The notes below the pieces were generated by a model. That model had not been told where the DNA came from and made no database searches. It was given only the letters and a program-made list of their open reading frames with translations. A program made the position numbers and the translations under genes. This document shows positions 19,433-28,216 of a stretch of 64,000 nucleotides of DNA, one piece after another (position 1 is the stretch's first letter; the number at the start of each line of letters is the position of its first letter). The stretch lies in the IMG/VR virus record IMGVR_UViG_3300033997_000136, positions 62,001 through 126,000 of that record; one strand, written 5' to 3'.

Positions 19433-20049
19433 TGGATAAAGAACAAATGAATGGAATAACAATCACACCGATGGTTCCTGTGTACCGGATATGTATCGAT
19501 ACTGAACACGGGGACTACGGTCCATTTAGTGCAAACTTTCACACGGATGACTTGGTTGTGAAAGATGTGTGTGATGCATACCGCTTTCACTTTGCGATGC
19601 AAAAAGAACCACGAGAGGATGGAATTCCAAATCCATCAGGGTATCGGTCTGGGTTTTTACCTAATACACAACAACTTTATTGGTTACAGAATCCATTCTT
19701 TGGAACCAAAGGTCGTTTGTTAAACAAAATGCAAGAGGTAGGATTTGTCATTCGTGAATATCTTGTTCCATTGAAGTATATCCACATTGGCGAACATCAA
19801 GTTATGTTTCACCCAGAACGAGCTACGTTTGTAAAGAACCACGCTATACTGGATGTCCTTGATGAAATGGACGAACATTTAGACCCACGTAACTTAGATA
19901 CCGATGTATTGATTAAACAATACAAAGAAGTTCATGGTATTTTAGTATCCACATCTAAATCTCCATCTATTCTATCTCGTTTTCAACTTAATCAATCTGT
20001 TCGGAAATACTTCAAAAAGTACAGGAACATGTTGGCAACGTCTAATTAA
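19432..20049 (+). CDS. Hypothetical phage protein (VYR..GP..P.ED..GF..QVMF family)
   Basis: GGAG RBS with TAATG coupling; motif pattern common in phage proteins. Confidence 0.7.
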   Translation: MDKEQMNGITITPMVPVYRICIDTEHGDYGPFSANFHTDDLVVKDVCDAYRFHFAMQKEPREDGIPNPSGYRSGFLPNTQQLYWLQNPFFGTKGRLLNKMQEVGFVIREYLVPLKYIHIGEHQVMFHPERATFVKNHAILDVLDEMDEHLDPRNLDTDVLIKQYKEVHGILVSTSKSPSILSRFQLNQSVRKYFKKYRNMLATSN

Positions 20050-20076
20050 CTTTTACCCACAACTAGGAATCAATGT

Positions 20077-20700
20077 ATGTTTCCAAACCGCATATCGCTA
20101 TTTTTAATTGGTACAGCGCTTACACTGTTGTACATAATGTTTGTTGATTTGTTACCTTACGTTCAACGTGTTGATGAGAGGGATTGGAACTCTCTTCAAG
20201 TGGAGCGACGTATTGAAACTACTGTTCTTGAGAAGTATCAAGACTTGACACCCATCACAGGTGTCAAACACTATCTTCATTTACAGTGGCGTGACTTACG
20301 TGTGAAGATAGATGTTCCTTCAAGTGACTATCATGACGCAGTGAAAGGTCAGATGTATGAGATTCGCTGCTACGAAGATTTCTTCTCGTTTGATTGTACG
20401 TACCCTGCGTACTTTGATAACGGTGCTGAAGTCTGGTCGAAACTTATTATTCCATTTTGGCTAGGTGTATTTCTACTCTTGGTTATCATTGGTTTATTGA
20501 TAACATCGATATATCGTCGTCGTGAGCTTGATATTCACAATCGGGTATTTGGTAACTACGTAGACAAGTATCAGTTTGATGAAGCTAAAGTGGAAGAGAT
20601 GTTGGTAGGTACGATGAATGATAAACCTATATCACCAGCAACGTTAGCCAAACAATTTGATAACGACGATTCAGTTAAACAAGAGGAGAGGACTTCGTAA
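20077..20700 (+). CDS. Two-TM membrane protein with periplasmic beta domain (paralogue of 31223)
   Basis: TM - (V...Y....KG....C......C) - TM architecture. Confidence 0.7.
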   Translation: MFPNRISLFLIGTALTLLYIMFVDLLPYVQRVDERDWNSLQVERRIETTVLEKYQDLTPITGVKHYLHLQWRDLRVKIDVPSSDYHDAVKGQMYEIRCYEDFFSFDCTYPAYFDNGAEVWSKLIIPFWLGVFLLLVIIGLLITSIYRRRELDIHNRVFGNYVDKYQFDEAKVEEMLVGTMNDKPISPATLAKQFDNDDSVKQEERTS

Positions 20701-21104
20701 TGGAATTACCTGAGAACTTTAATCACGACTTGATGAACAACGCATTTAAACCTCCTGAAGATTTTCAAGCATGGATAGATAAAATGCGTTTATTAGGCGA
20801 TGTACGAGAAGTGCGTGAACTTGCGTTAGAATATTCTCAAGCAAAGGTACGTAAATCTACATTGACTGTTCTTCGCATGAAAGCAAAAACGCAGATGTGG
20901 TTAGAGAAATCTAAATCACATACGGTGGTGTTAAATCGCTATACGTTAGGTGAACATTTCGATGTCTTTCATCAACTGACTACTTCACAAATGGTGGAGT
21001 TGTTAAATGAGTTGGTTGATGATAACTCAACCCACATTACGCTTAAAACCCGTAAATTCAAAACACGTAACACCTTTACAGTTACGTTCCACAAACTAAA
21101 CTAA
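20700..21104 (+). CDS. Hypothetical protein
   Basis: Coupled ORF with RBS. Confidence 0.7.
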   Translation: MELPENFNHDLMNNAFKPPEDFQAWIDKMRLLGDVREVRELALEYSQAKVRKSTLTVLRMKAKTQMWLEKSKSHTVVLNRYTLGEHFDVFHQLTTSQMVELLNELVDDNSTHITLKTRKFKTRNTFTVTFHKLN

Positions 21105-21127
21105 TAGTGACAGGGAGTTAATCATCG

Positions 21128-21454
21128 ATGCGTAAGTTACACTATCTGGTTGAGTTCATTTATAAAGGGCGTTCGTTTACGCTCTGCATACAAGCAGAAC
21201 TTCAAGAGTTAGGTCAGTTGATGTTTATCCAGACGTGCATTGAAGAGCAGTTGAAAGAAGGTATCTTTCGAAGCATCATTTATGTTGAAGGAGATACACC
21301 ACCTGAGTATGAAGTGCTTCCGCAATTTGAACTTCGTGATGGTTTTGTTTTACAGGTGTGTAATCAAACACATGTGTTAAAACACGGTCAGCGTTATGGT
21401 CGTGACCAATTGGTGAAGTTCATTAAAGAACAACTGAAGTTAGAAACTGAATAA
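21128..21454 (+). CDS. Hypothetical protein
   Basis: ORF with GGGAG RBS. Confidence 0.7.
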   Translation: MRKLHYLVEFIYKGRSFTLCIQAELQELGQLMFIQTCIEEQLKEGIFRSIIYVEGDTPPEYEVLPQFELRDGFVLQVCNQTHVLKHGQRYGRDQLVKFIKEQLKLETE

Positions 21455-21487
21455 GACGGAGGGCAATTGCCCTCCTCTTTATTTTTT
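21449..21487 (+). repeat. 39-bp stop+terminator unit identical to 58590-58628
   Basis: GAATAAGACGGAGGGCAATTGCCCTCCTCTTTATTTTTT at both sites. Confidence 0.9.
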
Positions 21488-21510
21488 TATTTGTTTTTTA
21501 ACAAAAAATC

Positions 21511-21530
21511 AAACCTACATCATCGTTGTG
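21511..21530 (+). promoter_or_regulatory. Early promoter motif
   Basis: AAACC-TACATCAT-CGTTG-TG. Confidence 0.7.
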
Positions 21531-21562
21531 TTAACCGTCATTATAACTAAAGAGAACTATTT

Positions 21563-21820
21563 ATGTTACCAACAACTATTTATAGCGTAGAAGAACTCCG
21601 TGTGTTTTTATCAAAGCAATTGTTAGAAGCACGTAAGAAAACTGGATTGTCGCAATTAGAATTTGGTTTACTTGTCAATCGCTCATCTTCTCAAGTGTCC
21701 CGTTGGGAAAATATAGCCAACGGAAAAGCAGTGAAAACACTACCCTCAAACGATTCACTATTGATTACCTTATTTGGGTTAAACCATAAGTTAATCGTTA
21801 AAGCAGAACCTAAACCTTAG
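21563..21820 (+). CDS. XRE-family helix-turn-helix protein
   Basis: LLEARKKTGLSQLEFG..VNRSSSQVSRWEN. Confidence 0.85.
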   Translation: MLPTTIYSVEELRVFLSKQLLEARKKTGLSQLEFGLLVNRSSSQVSRWENIANGKAVKTLPSNDSLLITLFGLNHKLIVKAEPKP

Positions 21821-21882
21821 ATTTCTTTACGGTGTTGATTTAAGGTATGTATCTTAATTAACTACTACTCCAGTGAGGGTGT

Positions 21883-22473
21883 ATGAAATCTATGGAATTT
21901 GTGACGTCAGACTTACATCTTGACCACAAGAAAGCAATCCCATTAAACAACAGACCGTTTGAATCATTGGAAGAACAACGTGCTGTGTTTTTAGAACAAG
22001 TAAAAGAGTTACCTGAGAATGCTATTCTGTATATCTTAGGTGATATGTTTACAAAGAGTAACACCAAGTGTCATGAAGATAATTTCATCTACTGCACACT
22101 TGAAATGATACATGCGGTGCATCCAACCATTACATTAGTGTTTGTTGTTGGAAACCATGACAAACAGTTACGTACACTGTACGAGTGTTTTGGTCAAGTC
22201 CATGACATGCTTTATCTTCGTTATAAAACTCACAGGATAATCATGTCTCATTATCCGATGATGGAATGGGATAGAGGGCAGTATGGAACGATGCACTTCT
22301 TCGGACACTGTCATGGTCGCATGGAACATCCAGGTCGTGCATTGGATGTAGGTTGGGATGCACATCAGTTGAAGATTCAATCGATTGATACACACGTTGA
22401 AACTTTATTGAAGAAACCTATTTACCAACCGTGTCATGACAAGAACAATGGTAAACTTAGTTTAACGGAGTAA
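21883..22473 (+). CDS. Calcineurin-like metallophosphoesterase
   Basis: SDLH, LGD, GNHD, SHYP, GHCH. Confidence 0.92.
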   Translation: MKSMEFVTSDLHLDHKKAIPLNNRPFESLEEQRAVFLEQVKELPENAILYILGDMFTKSNTKCHEDNFIYCTLEMIHAVHPTITLVFVVGNHDKQLRTLYECFGQVHDMLYLRYKTHRIIMSHYPMMEWDRGQYGTMHFFGHCHGRMEHPGRALDVGWDAHQLKIQSIDTHVETLLKKPIYQPCHDKNNGKLSLTE

Positions 22474-22476
22474 TAT

Positions 22477-22599
22477 ATGTATCCACATCCAAGTCGTGTG
22501 AAACAAATGTGTAACGATGGTAAAGTTGTTGCTATTGCTTGTGTTATTGCAACGCTGATTCCAGTCGCTGCGTTCTTTTACGGTGTATTCACTAACTAA
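22477..22599 (+). CDS. 40-aa single-TM protein (not in ORF track)
   Basis: MYPHPSRVKQMCNDGKVVAIACVIATLIPVAAFFYGVFTN; GGAG RBS; fills the gap exactly. Confidence 0.65.
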   Translation: MYPHPSRVKQMCNDGKVVAIACVIATLIPVAAFFYGVFTN

Positions 22600-22610
22600 A
22601 GGAAACTGTT

Positions 22611-22826
22611 ATGCACCACAATCAACAGATGGTAGATAACTGCTGTGTTACGGCAACTACCATGTGTAAACGTTTAGGGATGAATCGGCAACAAATCAAC
22701 GTTGTGGTTCGAACCATTGAAACGCTTGACCCACAGATGTCTGTTTTACAAGACTTCTTACGTGATTTATCAATGTTAAAAACGTCACAAGATGTCAGTG
22801 ACTTTATTACTAAACTAGAAGGATAG
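22611..22826 (+). CDS. Hypothetical protein
   Basis: AAGGA RBS. Confidence 0.65.
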   Translation: MHHNQQMVDNCCVTATTMCKRLGMNRQQINVVVRTIETLDPQMSVLQDFLRDLSMLKTSQDVSDFITKLEG

Positions 22827-22830
22827 TCCC

Positions 22831-23304
22831 ATGTCTATTGAATTAAACGATAACGTAAAGAAAGGGTTGTTGTTATTAACGTTAGTAGCTGCTCTTATTG
22901 CTGTAATAGCGGTATTACGCTTTGGTCGAATAGTAGTTGCGTTTGACAGACCTACTGCATTTGCTACGTTTACACAAGAAGCACAATTTAGTACACAACA
23001 TCCGGTGCATCGTTGTTTGATGAATGAACGCTGTGTTGTGTACTTATACCCGACATACCGTGGTGTGCAAGCACTTATGTTTACTGAGGTAGGTGGTGAT
23101 AAAGATATTCATTATGCAGCACCTCAGGGTATTAACCAAATCCTAGCACCTGCTATTGTCGGAAGTGGTTTGCACTTACGTCCATGTGGTGAACGCGTTT
23201 GTGTCAGAACTAGCGAGATGAGTCCTGCCTCTGTTGCATTATTAAGTACGATGAATCTAAGTGGTTCTGTTGAAATAGGTTCCAGTATAAACGTGTACAG
23301 ATGA
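22831..23304 (+). CDS. Membrane-anchored hypothetical protein
   Basis: N-terminal TM. Confidence 0.7.
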   Translation: MSIELNDNVKKGLLLLTLVAALIAVIAVLRFGRIVVAFDRPTAFATFTQEAQFSTQHPVHRCLMNERCVVYLYPTYRGVQALMFTEVGGDKDIHYAAPQGINQILAPAIVGSGLHLRPCGERVCVRTSEMSPASVALLSTMNLSGSVEIGSSINVYR

Positions 23305-23311
23305 GGTCACT

Positions 23312-23623
23312 ATGAATACAAAAAAATTACCGAACATGACTGAGTTATCGTCAGGTAATTATTTGTGTAGAACTCAAGCTGGGTTTAAGAAAGCTTGCAA
23401 ACTTGAGTATGATAAGCGAAGCTGGGACACTGATATGGTTAGGGAAGGATTCCCAAAGAAATATCCATGTGTGGTTTGGTTCAGTGAGTTCTATCGTGGT
23501 TATGAAGGTGTTGCTGTTCACTCAATGTCTCTTAACCGCTACGCTAAAAACGTATTCAAAGAACTTCAGGAGCTTTTAGATTTAGACCCTGTGCTTTGTG
23601 AAACAATCAAATTACCTAAGTGA
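23312..23623 (+). CDS. Hypothetical protein
   Basis: GAGG RBS. Confidence 0.7.
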   Translation: MNTKKLPNMTELSSGNYLCRTQAGFKKACKLEYDKRSWDTDMVREGFPKKYPCVVWFSEFYRGYEGVAVHSMSLNRYAKNVFKELQELLDLDPVLCETIKLPK

Positions 23624-23630
23624 GGGTATT

Positions 23631-24056
23631 ATGTTCAACTGCCCTAAATGTTGGGATAATCCATGTACATGTGCATTGGATAGAACCATCGTGCTCCCTG
23701 AAGCGCTTCATCCAGATACTGTGAAAACGTTAAAGACAATGGCTGAGGATTTAGGAAATAAACTTCTAAGTTCTCAAGTCAAACTCAATCTAACAAACGG
23801 GTGGAAACACCCACCTCAATCTGGTGATATGAATCAAGGTCGTTTCTTTACTACCAGAGAAGGGTGTATTGAAGCGGTTATCAAACATTTTGAAAAAGGT
23901 GATGTTCTAGATGTGATTGCCTATCTGATGTTTATGCGGGAACTTGGTTGGTCGTTGCCGTGGATTGCTAAAGTAAATGACGTGATGTTATCTGAAAATG
24001 ATAAACTCACGATTGAACAGATAGCACAACAAACGCAGAAAGAAGAGGAAGAATAA
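23631..24056 (+). CDS. Zn-knuckle plus all-alpha phage domain (LHPDT...KGD..DV..Y..F) protein
   Basis: CPKCWDNPCTC N-terminus; helical domain seen in Ead/Ea22-associated phage proteins; start moved to ATG 23631. Confidence 0.55.
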   Translation: MFNCPKCWDNPCTCALDRTIVLPEALHPDTVKTLKTMAEDLGNKLLSSQVKLNLTNGWKHPPQSGDMNQGRFFTTREGCIEAVIKHFEKGDVLDVIAYLMFMRELGWSLPWIAKVNDVMLSENDKLTIEQIAQQTQKEEEE

Positions 24057-24057
24057 A

Positions 24058-24483
24058 ATGGAATCTATTCTGTTTGCTGGGGTTCTTATTCTAAGTTGCG
24101 TGGTATTAATCCAACAGCTAAAAATAAGAAAGATGTATTTGGATTGGCGGACAAATCAGGATTTATTTAAATTCATCACTGAGTTGTCTGATAAAGTAGC
24201 ATCTATCAATGGGTTACATGTCCACATCCCCAGTGCGTATTATGATAACCGAGTGGATGAGTACCAGTTCACACCTATTGGTGCAGTCCACTCACCAATC
24301 CTTTCTTTCTCTGTGTTTGTGAAGTTCAACTGTGGTGAACGTTATTTTGTTGGTGTTATTGAAGTACACCGACACGATGTGCAATACACCAACTTAGACC
24401 CTGCAAAACTATTTCCTTTATTGTTTAATAAAATAGACAAAGAGTTAATGGTGCAGGTATGGAACCATGAGCGTGAGTGTTAA
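24058..24483 (+). CDS. Membrane-anchored hypothetical protein
   Basis: N-terminal TM. Confidence 0.7.
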   Translation: MESILFAGVLILSCVVLIQQLKIRKMYLDWRTNQDLFKFITELSDKVASINGLHVHIPSAYYDNRVDEYQFTPIGAVHSPILSFSVFVKFNCGERYFVGVIEVHRHDVQYTNLDPAKLFPLLFNKIDKELMVQVWNHEREC

Positions 24484-24525
24484 CACTCACCTCGTTTTAT
24501 TATTTATAACAAAGAAGAGATAATC

Positions 24526-24708
24526 ATGGCTAAATATGACCCCCTATTGACGAAAACAATAAACCCTACACAGGTTGTTGATACTCCCACTCACGTGAAA
24601 ACTCCAGAGCCTGTTTCTGACAAGAAAGCACAAAAGTCAGAAGACAGTTCAAAGACCTCTAAACGTTCAAGTAGTTTAGACCACAGAGAACAGTATTGGT
24701 TTTTCTAA
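24526..24708 (+). CDS. Small disordered protein
   Basis: 60 aa, S/T/K-rich, ends YWFF. Confidence 0.55.
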   Translation: MAKYDPLLTKTINPTQVVDTPTHVKTPEPVSDKKAQKSEDSSKTSKRSSSLDHREQYWFF

Positions 24709-24726
24709 GTAGAAAGGATTCTTCAA

Positions 24727-25383
24727 ATGAATACATTAACCTTAGCAGGGTTTACTTTTAAACAGATTGACCGAAGTACCGTGAACTTACCTGAGTTGTC
24801 TGATTTGCCGGGACTTATTTTGCTTCAACATAAAGTCACTAAAAAGATGTCAGTCAGTGCTGTAAAAAGTATTCGGCAATCCTGTGCATTTTATGACTTT
24901 AGTGCGTTTGTAACGAATCATCAAGGTCGTAGGACACATTCACGTGAACATGGGTTTCATTGGGATATGTTTATTGGTGAACGCTTGTACACTCATGCAC
25001 AAAAAGTAACAAATGCTTTACGTCAAAGTAGTGAGTTAATCTTCTCACCGCAAGGTACTGAAGCACACTCAAGTCGTAAAAGCAAACAATACGGCGTGTA
25101 TCGCTTTCTCATTGACATTGATGGTCGTCGAGCATATTACCTTAGTGCTACACCAAAGACGCATTACGAGGTTCTGGTGTGGCTTAATCGTGTAAGAGAC
25201 GGTGAAGTGAATCGTGGTACAAAAGAGCTTCGTGAGTTCTTAAGTACCCTTCCACGTAAACTTCTTGCAGGTGATGTGTATCCACTTAGTGTCACAGAAA
25301 CGTTTGAGTACATGATGCAGGCACGTAATGCGTTGTATGAAGAACGTCGTTCATTAGAGAAGCGAGGTTGTAAAGTGGTATGA
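24727..25383 (+). CDS. Degenerate GIY-YIG-like protein (paralogue of 8788)
   Basis: MNTLTLAGFTFKQID vs MKTLRIGQVTFTQID; second motif YGVYRF...YYL. Confidence 0.45.
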   Translation: MNTLTLAGFTFKQIDRSTVNLPELSDLPGLILLQHKVTKKMSVSAVKSIRQSCAFYDFSAFVTNHQGRRTHSREHGFHWDMFIGERLYTHAQKVTNALRQSSELIFSPQGTEAHSSRKSKQYGVYRFLIDIDGRRAYYLSATPKTHYEVLVWLNRVRDGEVNRGTKELREFLSTLPRKLLAGDVYPLSVTETFEYMMQARNALYEERRSLEKRGCKVV

Positions 25384-25841
25384 ATACACAACAGGTCATT
25401 CTAGACTTACATCCAATTGAACCACTGATGCAAGAACTTGCGGATTTATATCCACCGGGTGCACATTGGTTAGAACGGTTTTGTGTTGAACTTTGTCCAG
25501 ATGTCATGACTGCGTATTACTATCACTTTGATGATCAACCTTATAGCCCAGGGTTTAATTTTGGTGATTCGATTAAGCAAATCGCCGCTATTTCAGTTGT
25601 TGAAAGTGCCACTACGTGGTTACATGAACACCTTGAAGAACATGACATGCTTGAGATGTTTAATGCTGTTTATGACGAACGCGCTATTATTGAACTCATT
25701 GTGTGTATTGTGATTGAACTTGCAGCACCCCTTATTCAACATGCGTATCGGGATAAGTGGGTAGATGTACTTGCAGACACTACGGTATATGTAGAAGAAA
25801 TAAACCGTTACACTGCATGTATTGTTTTTGAATATTATTAA
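25380..25841 (+). CDS. Hypothetical protein
   Basis: Coupled ORF. Confidence 0.7.
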   Translation: MNTQQVILDLHPIEPLMQELADLYPPGAHWLERFCVELCPDVMTAYYYHFDDQPYSPGFNFGDSIKQIAAISVVESATTWLHEHLEEHDMLEMFNAVYDERAIIELIVCIVIELAAPLIQHAYRDKWVDVLADTTVYVEEINRYTACIVFEYY

Positions 25842-25852
25842 AAAGGACTATC

Positions 25853-26449
25853 ATGACTATCAGACCCCTTGTTGTATCATTTGATTTAGATGATACTCTC
25901 TTTAATACGTCTACGTATTTTAAAGAAGAGTTATTAAAAGTAGGTGCACATATCACGGGTGAAGAAGGGTTTTACACCCCTGAAAACACACAAGGTAAAA
26001 TCACTCCTTTATTAGAGTCTGCAGACTTTATGAAAGAAGCGGATATTTATCCTGCGTTTAAAGAACTATCACAGTGGATGAAATGGACGCGTACGATGTA
26101 TCCAACTATTCAGTTTGTTGTGTGTTCTCACCGTGGGTTTCATGAACGTGGCAAAGAGTACAGTCAAATTCAACTGAGCAAACACAATTTACAGTTTGAC
26201 TTTGAGTTTTACATTTGCCATGAAAAAGAACCGTGTAAGTTGGACTTTTTAAATGTTATGTTTAGCGAAACTGTTTATCTACATGTGGATGATAAACCAA
26301 GCCATTCAGCGACGGAGCTTTCAGAACGTATTATTATCGTTGATAAGCCATGGAATCAACACTACACAGGAGCCTATACCCGTGAAACAACAGACACCAT
26401 ATTACCCCATCTCACCAAACGAATCGCCGACTATTATACCGGTGTCTAA
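25853..26449 (+). CDS. HAD-superfamily 5'(3')-deoxyribonucleotidase-like
   Basis: FDLDDTL (motif I), S/T-x-R, K, DDKP, and DKPWN. Confidence 0.8.
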   Translation: MTIRPLVVSFDLDDTLFNTSTYFKEELLKVGAHITGEEGFYTPENTQGKITPLLESADFMKEADIYPAFKELSQWMKWTRTMYPTIQFVVCSHRGFHERGKEYSQIQLSKHNLQFDFEFYICHEKEPCKLDFLNVMFSETVYLHVDDKPSHSATELSERIIIVDKPWNQHYTGAYTRETTDTILPHLTKRIADYYTGV

Positions 26450-26966
26450 TGACCACCCATCGATTGTTCAAATCACAGGGCGTTCTATCGTAAACGAACC
26501 TCTGCGGGCTGTATCTATTCTTCTTGTAGATGAAAGCGAATGTGTGTTGTATTCGTACGAACCTACGGAAGTACAGGTGATGGGAGATATGGAAATTGTG
26601 ATGAAGTTTGCAAAAGAACACATCAATGGTGACTTTAGTTTGTATATCCCTGTAGCAGATAGCACAGTTGGACATTACATGACTGGTGTGTCTCTTCAGT
26701 TAGTTGCACGTAAACGTTCAAACCAATATCTGTATCCACCACAACAACCTGACCATCTGTTAAGTGTGTTTACAAGCCCACCGCAATGTGTACATGGATA
26801 CAATCCGTATGCTGTGTCAAAAGAGTTGACCTCAGTTGTGGATTCTATCCAAACAAAGAACCCAATACTTCATGCTACGCTTTCTGAGTTTAGTGTAGAA
26901 GAGCTAGGGTTGTTGTTTGTAAGTGCGCTCTTTACCATTCCGTTAGACAGACATAGAACACATTAA
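26442..26966 (+). CDS. Hypothetical protein (start uncertain)
   Basis: 3' part of the 26253 ORF; GTG 26442 overlaps the upstream stop. Confidence 0.55.
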   Translation: MSNDHPSIVQITGRSIVNEPLRAVSILLVDESECVLYSYEPTEVQVMGDMEIVMKFAKEHINGDFSLYIPVADSTVGHYMTGVSLQLVARKRSNQYLYPPQQPDHLLSVFTSPPQCVHGYNPYAVSKELTSVVDSIQTKNPILHATLSEFSVEELGLLFVSALFTIPLDRHRTH

Positions 26967-26975
26967 TGTGCCTAT

Positions 26976-27215
26976 GATATGTACGAATACCGTACACTGA
27001 AGTGTACGTGCTTCTTTAACAATTTGGTAAACCACAGACAAACCGATTCGATTCGGAGTAATGCAGTTGTGTATCCACCTCACAGACCACGATGAACCTA
27101 CATGTAGAGTTTTGACACAGGTCGTGTTAGGGGTAACGTAGTGATGCTTGTCACAAGTGATTGTACTTAGAGGAAACTCTGGTGCAGTTGCTTGTGACAT
27201 TATTTTCTTTTTTTC
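26976..27215 (+). ncRNA. Putative structured non-coding RNA of about 230 nt
   Basis: No RBS-led ORF; several hairpins; a 23-bp GAAA-capped stem whose non-Watson-Crick pairs are all G-U on the + strand; TATG at the 5' end and a U-run at the 3' end. Confidence 0.6.
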
Positions 27216-27246
27216 CCTTTTTATTTTTTTGTTTTTATAATTTTAC

Positions 27247-27266
27247 AGATATACATTATTAGTGTG
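27247..27266 (+). promoter_or_regulatory. Early promoter motif
   Basis: AGATA-TACATTAT-TAGTG-TG. Confidence 0.7.
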
Positions 27267-27304
27267 GTAACATCCTGTTAATAACTCATAGAAGAATAGG
27301 GTAT

Positions 27305-27634
27305 ATGGATAGAGAAATCATTGTAGACTTGTATGAGTTTTATGGCGATACAGTGAACGCAAAGTACGCTAAAGATAAGTTAAGTGCCTTACAACTGGTG
27401 GTGCATTCAGCACAAGCAATTGTCAATGGAGACACTACATTTACGTATCGTCCTGAAAAAGACAGTTCACTTAATCTGTTTATGAATCATGTTGTTTATC
27501 ATGTTAAGAAGTTGATGATACAAAACAATGTGATTCGAGTTCAGTTGATTGCATTTGATTTAACAAAAGACAGTATCACCATTCGTGTGACAGCATTGAA
27601 GAAGGTTTCTGATGGAAAAAATACAAGCGATTAA
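27305..27634 (+). CDS. Hypothetical protein
   Basis: First ORF after the promoter. Confidence 0.7.
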   Translation: MDREIIVDLYEFYGDTVNAKYAKDKLSALQLVVHSAQAIVNGDTTFTYRPEKDSSLNLFMNHVVYHVKKLMIQNNVIRVQLIAFDLTKDSITIRVTALKKVSDGKNTSD

Positions 27635-28214
27635 ACTGGACATTATGGATATTCAGTATTTTGTTCAGCAAATGAATATCGATGATGAACACATCCACAA
27701 CATCTTACAATGGGTGTTGTTAAAAACACCAGAGCTGGTGACGTATGTAGAACACCTTCGTTATCATGGTAAGGTTCATGTGTCTAAGAACCAACACTCA
27801 CAACACGCGAATGTGCGGTATAAACAACCTGCAAGTTCAAGTGTTATTAACGATTTGATAGAGGACTTCAAAGAAACCTTTACCAATAAAATTGTGTTCA
27901 ACGGCTATGACACACTTGAGAACAACACAGTAGATTTCTCGTTAACGCAAAACAGAGAAGTCACTGAATACATCACACGGCACGTGTATGCTGCACTTGC
28001 CATGATGTGTGAATTATTACAGACGTTTGTTTCGTTAACGTTAAGCCGTGTTCATGCAAACGAAGTAAAACAGTGGGAATTAGATAGACCTGATTGCCCA
28101 TTCCAATTTGACGTCATTGACTTTGAACTTGCTGAGTTTGAATACAGTGATGTCACATACACCATCACGTATGCTACGTCATACGACCAACCCATAGACC
28201 CAGTAGAGGAATAA
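27612..28214 (+). CDS. Hypothetical protein
   Basis: Overlapping ORF in operon. Confidence 0.7.
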   Translation: MEKIQAIKLDIMDIQYFVQQMNIDDEHIHNILQWVLLKTPELVTYVEHLRYHGKVHVSKNQHSQHANVRYKQPASSSVINDLIEDFKETFTNKIVFNGYDTLENNTVDFSLTQNREVTEYITRHVYAALAMMCELLQTFVSLTLSRVHANEVKQWELDRPDCPFQFDVIDFELAEFEYSDVTYTITYATSYDQPIDPVEE

Positions 28215-28216
28215 CC

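Noticed and set aside
26253-26495. Programmed frameshift at the start of the 26253 ORF (TAATG-coupled 14-codon ORF at 26449)
   Set aside because: No slippery sequence is evident and an in-frame GTG at 26442 explains the gene. A sequencing indel cannot be excluded.
27009-27185. Canonical tRNA, tmRNA or RNase P RNA (GAGGAAACTC resembles the P4 GAGGAAAGTC)
   Set aside because: There is no anticodon arm or CCA end, and no tag ORF with tRNA-like termini. The P4-like string sits in the terminal hairpin with only a U-tract downstream.
26943-27200. 85-aa minus-strand ORF over the ncRNA candidate
   Set aside because: It has no RBS, runs opposite to all neighbours, and the G-U pattern favours a + strand RNA.
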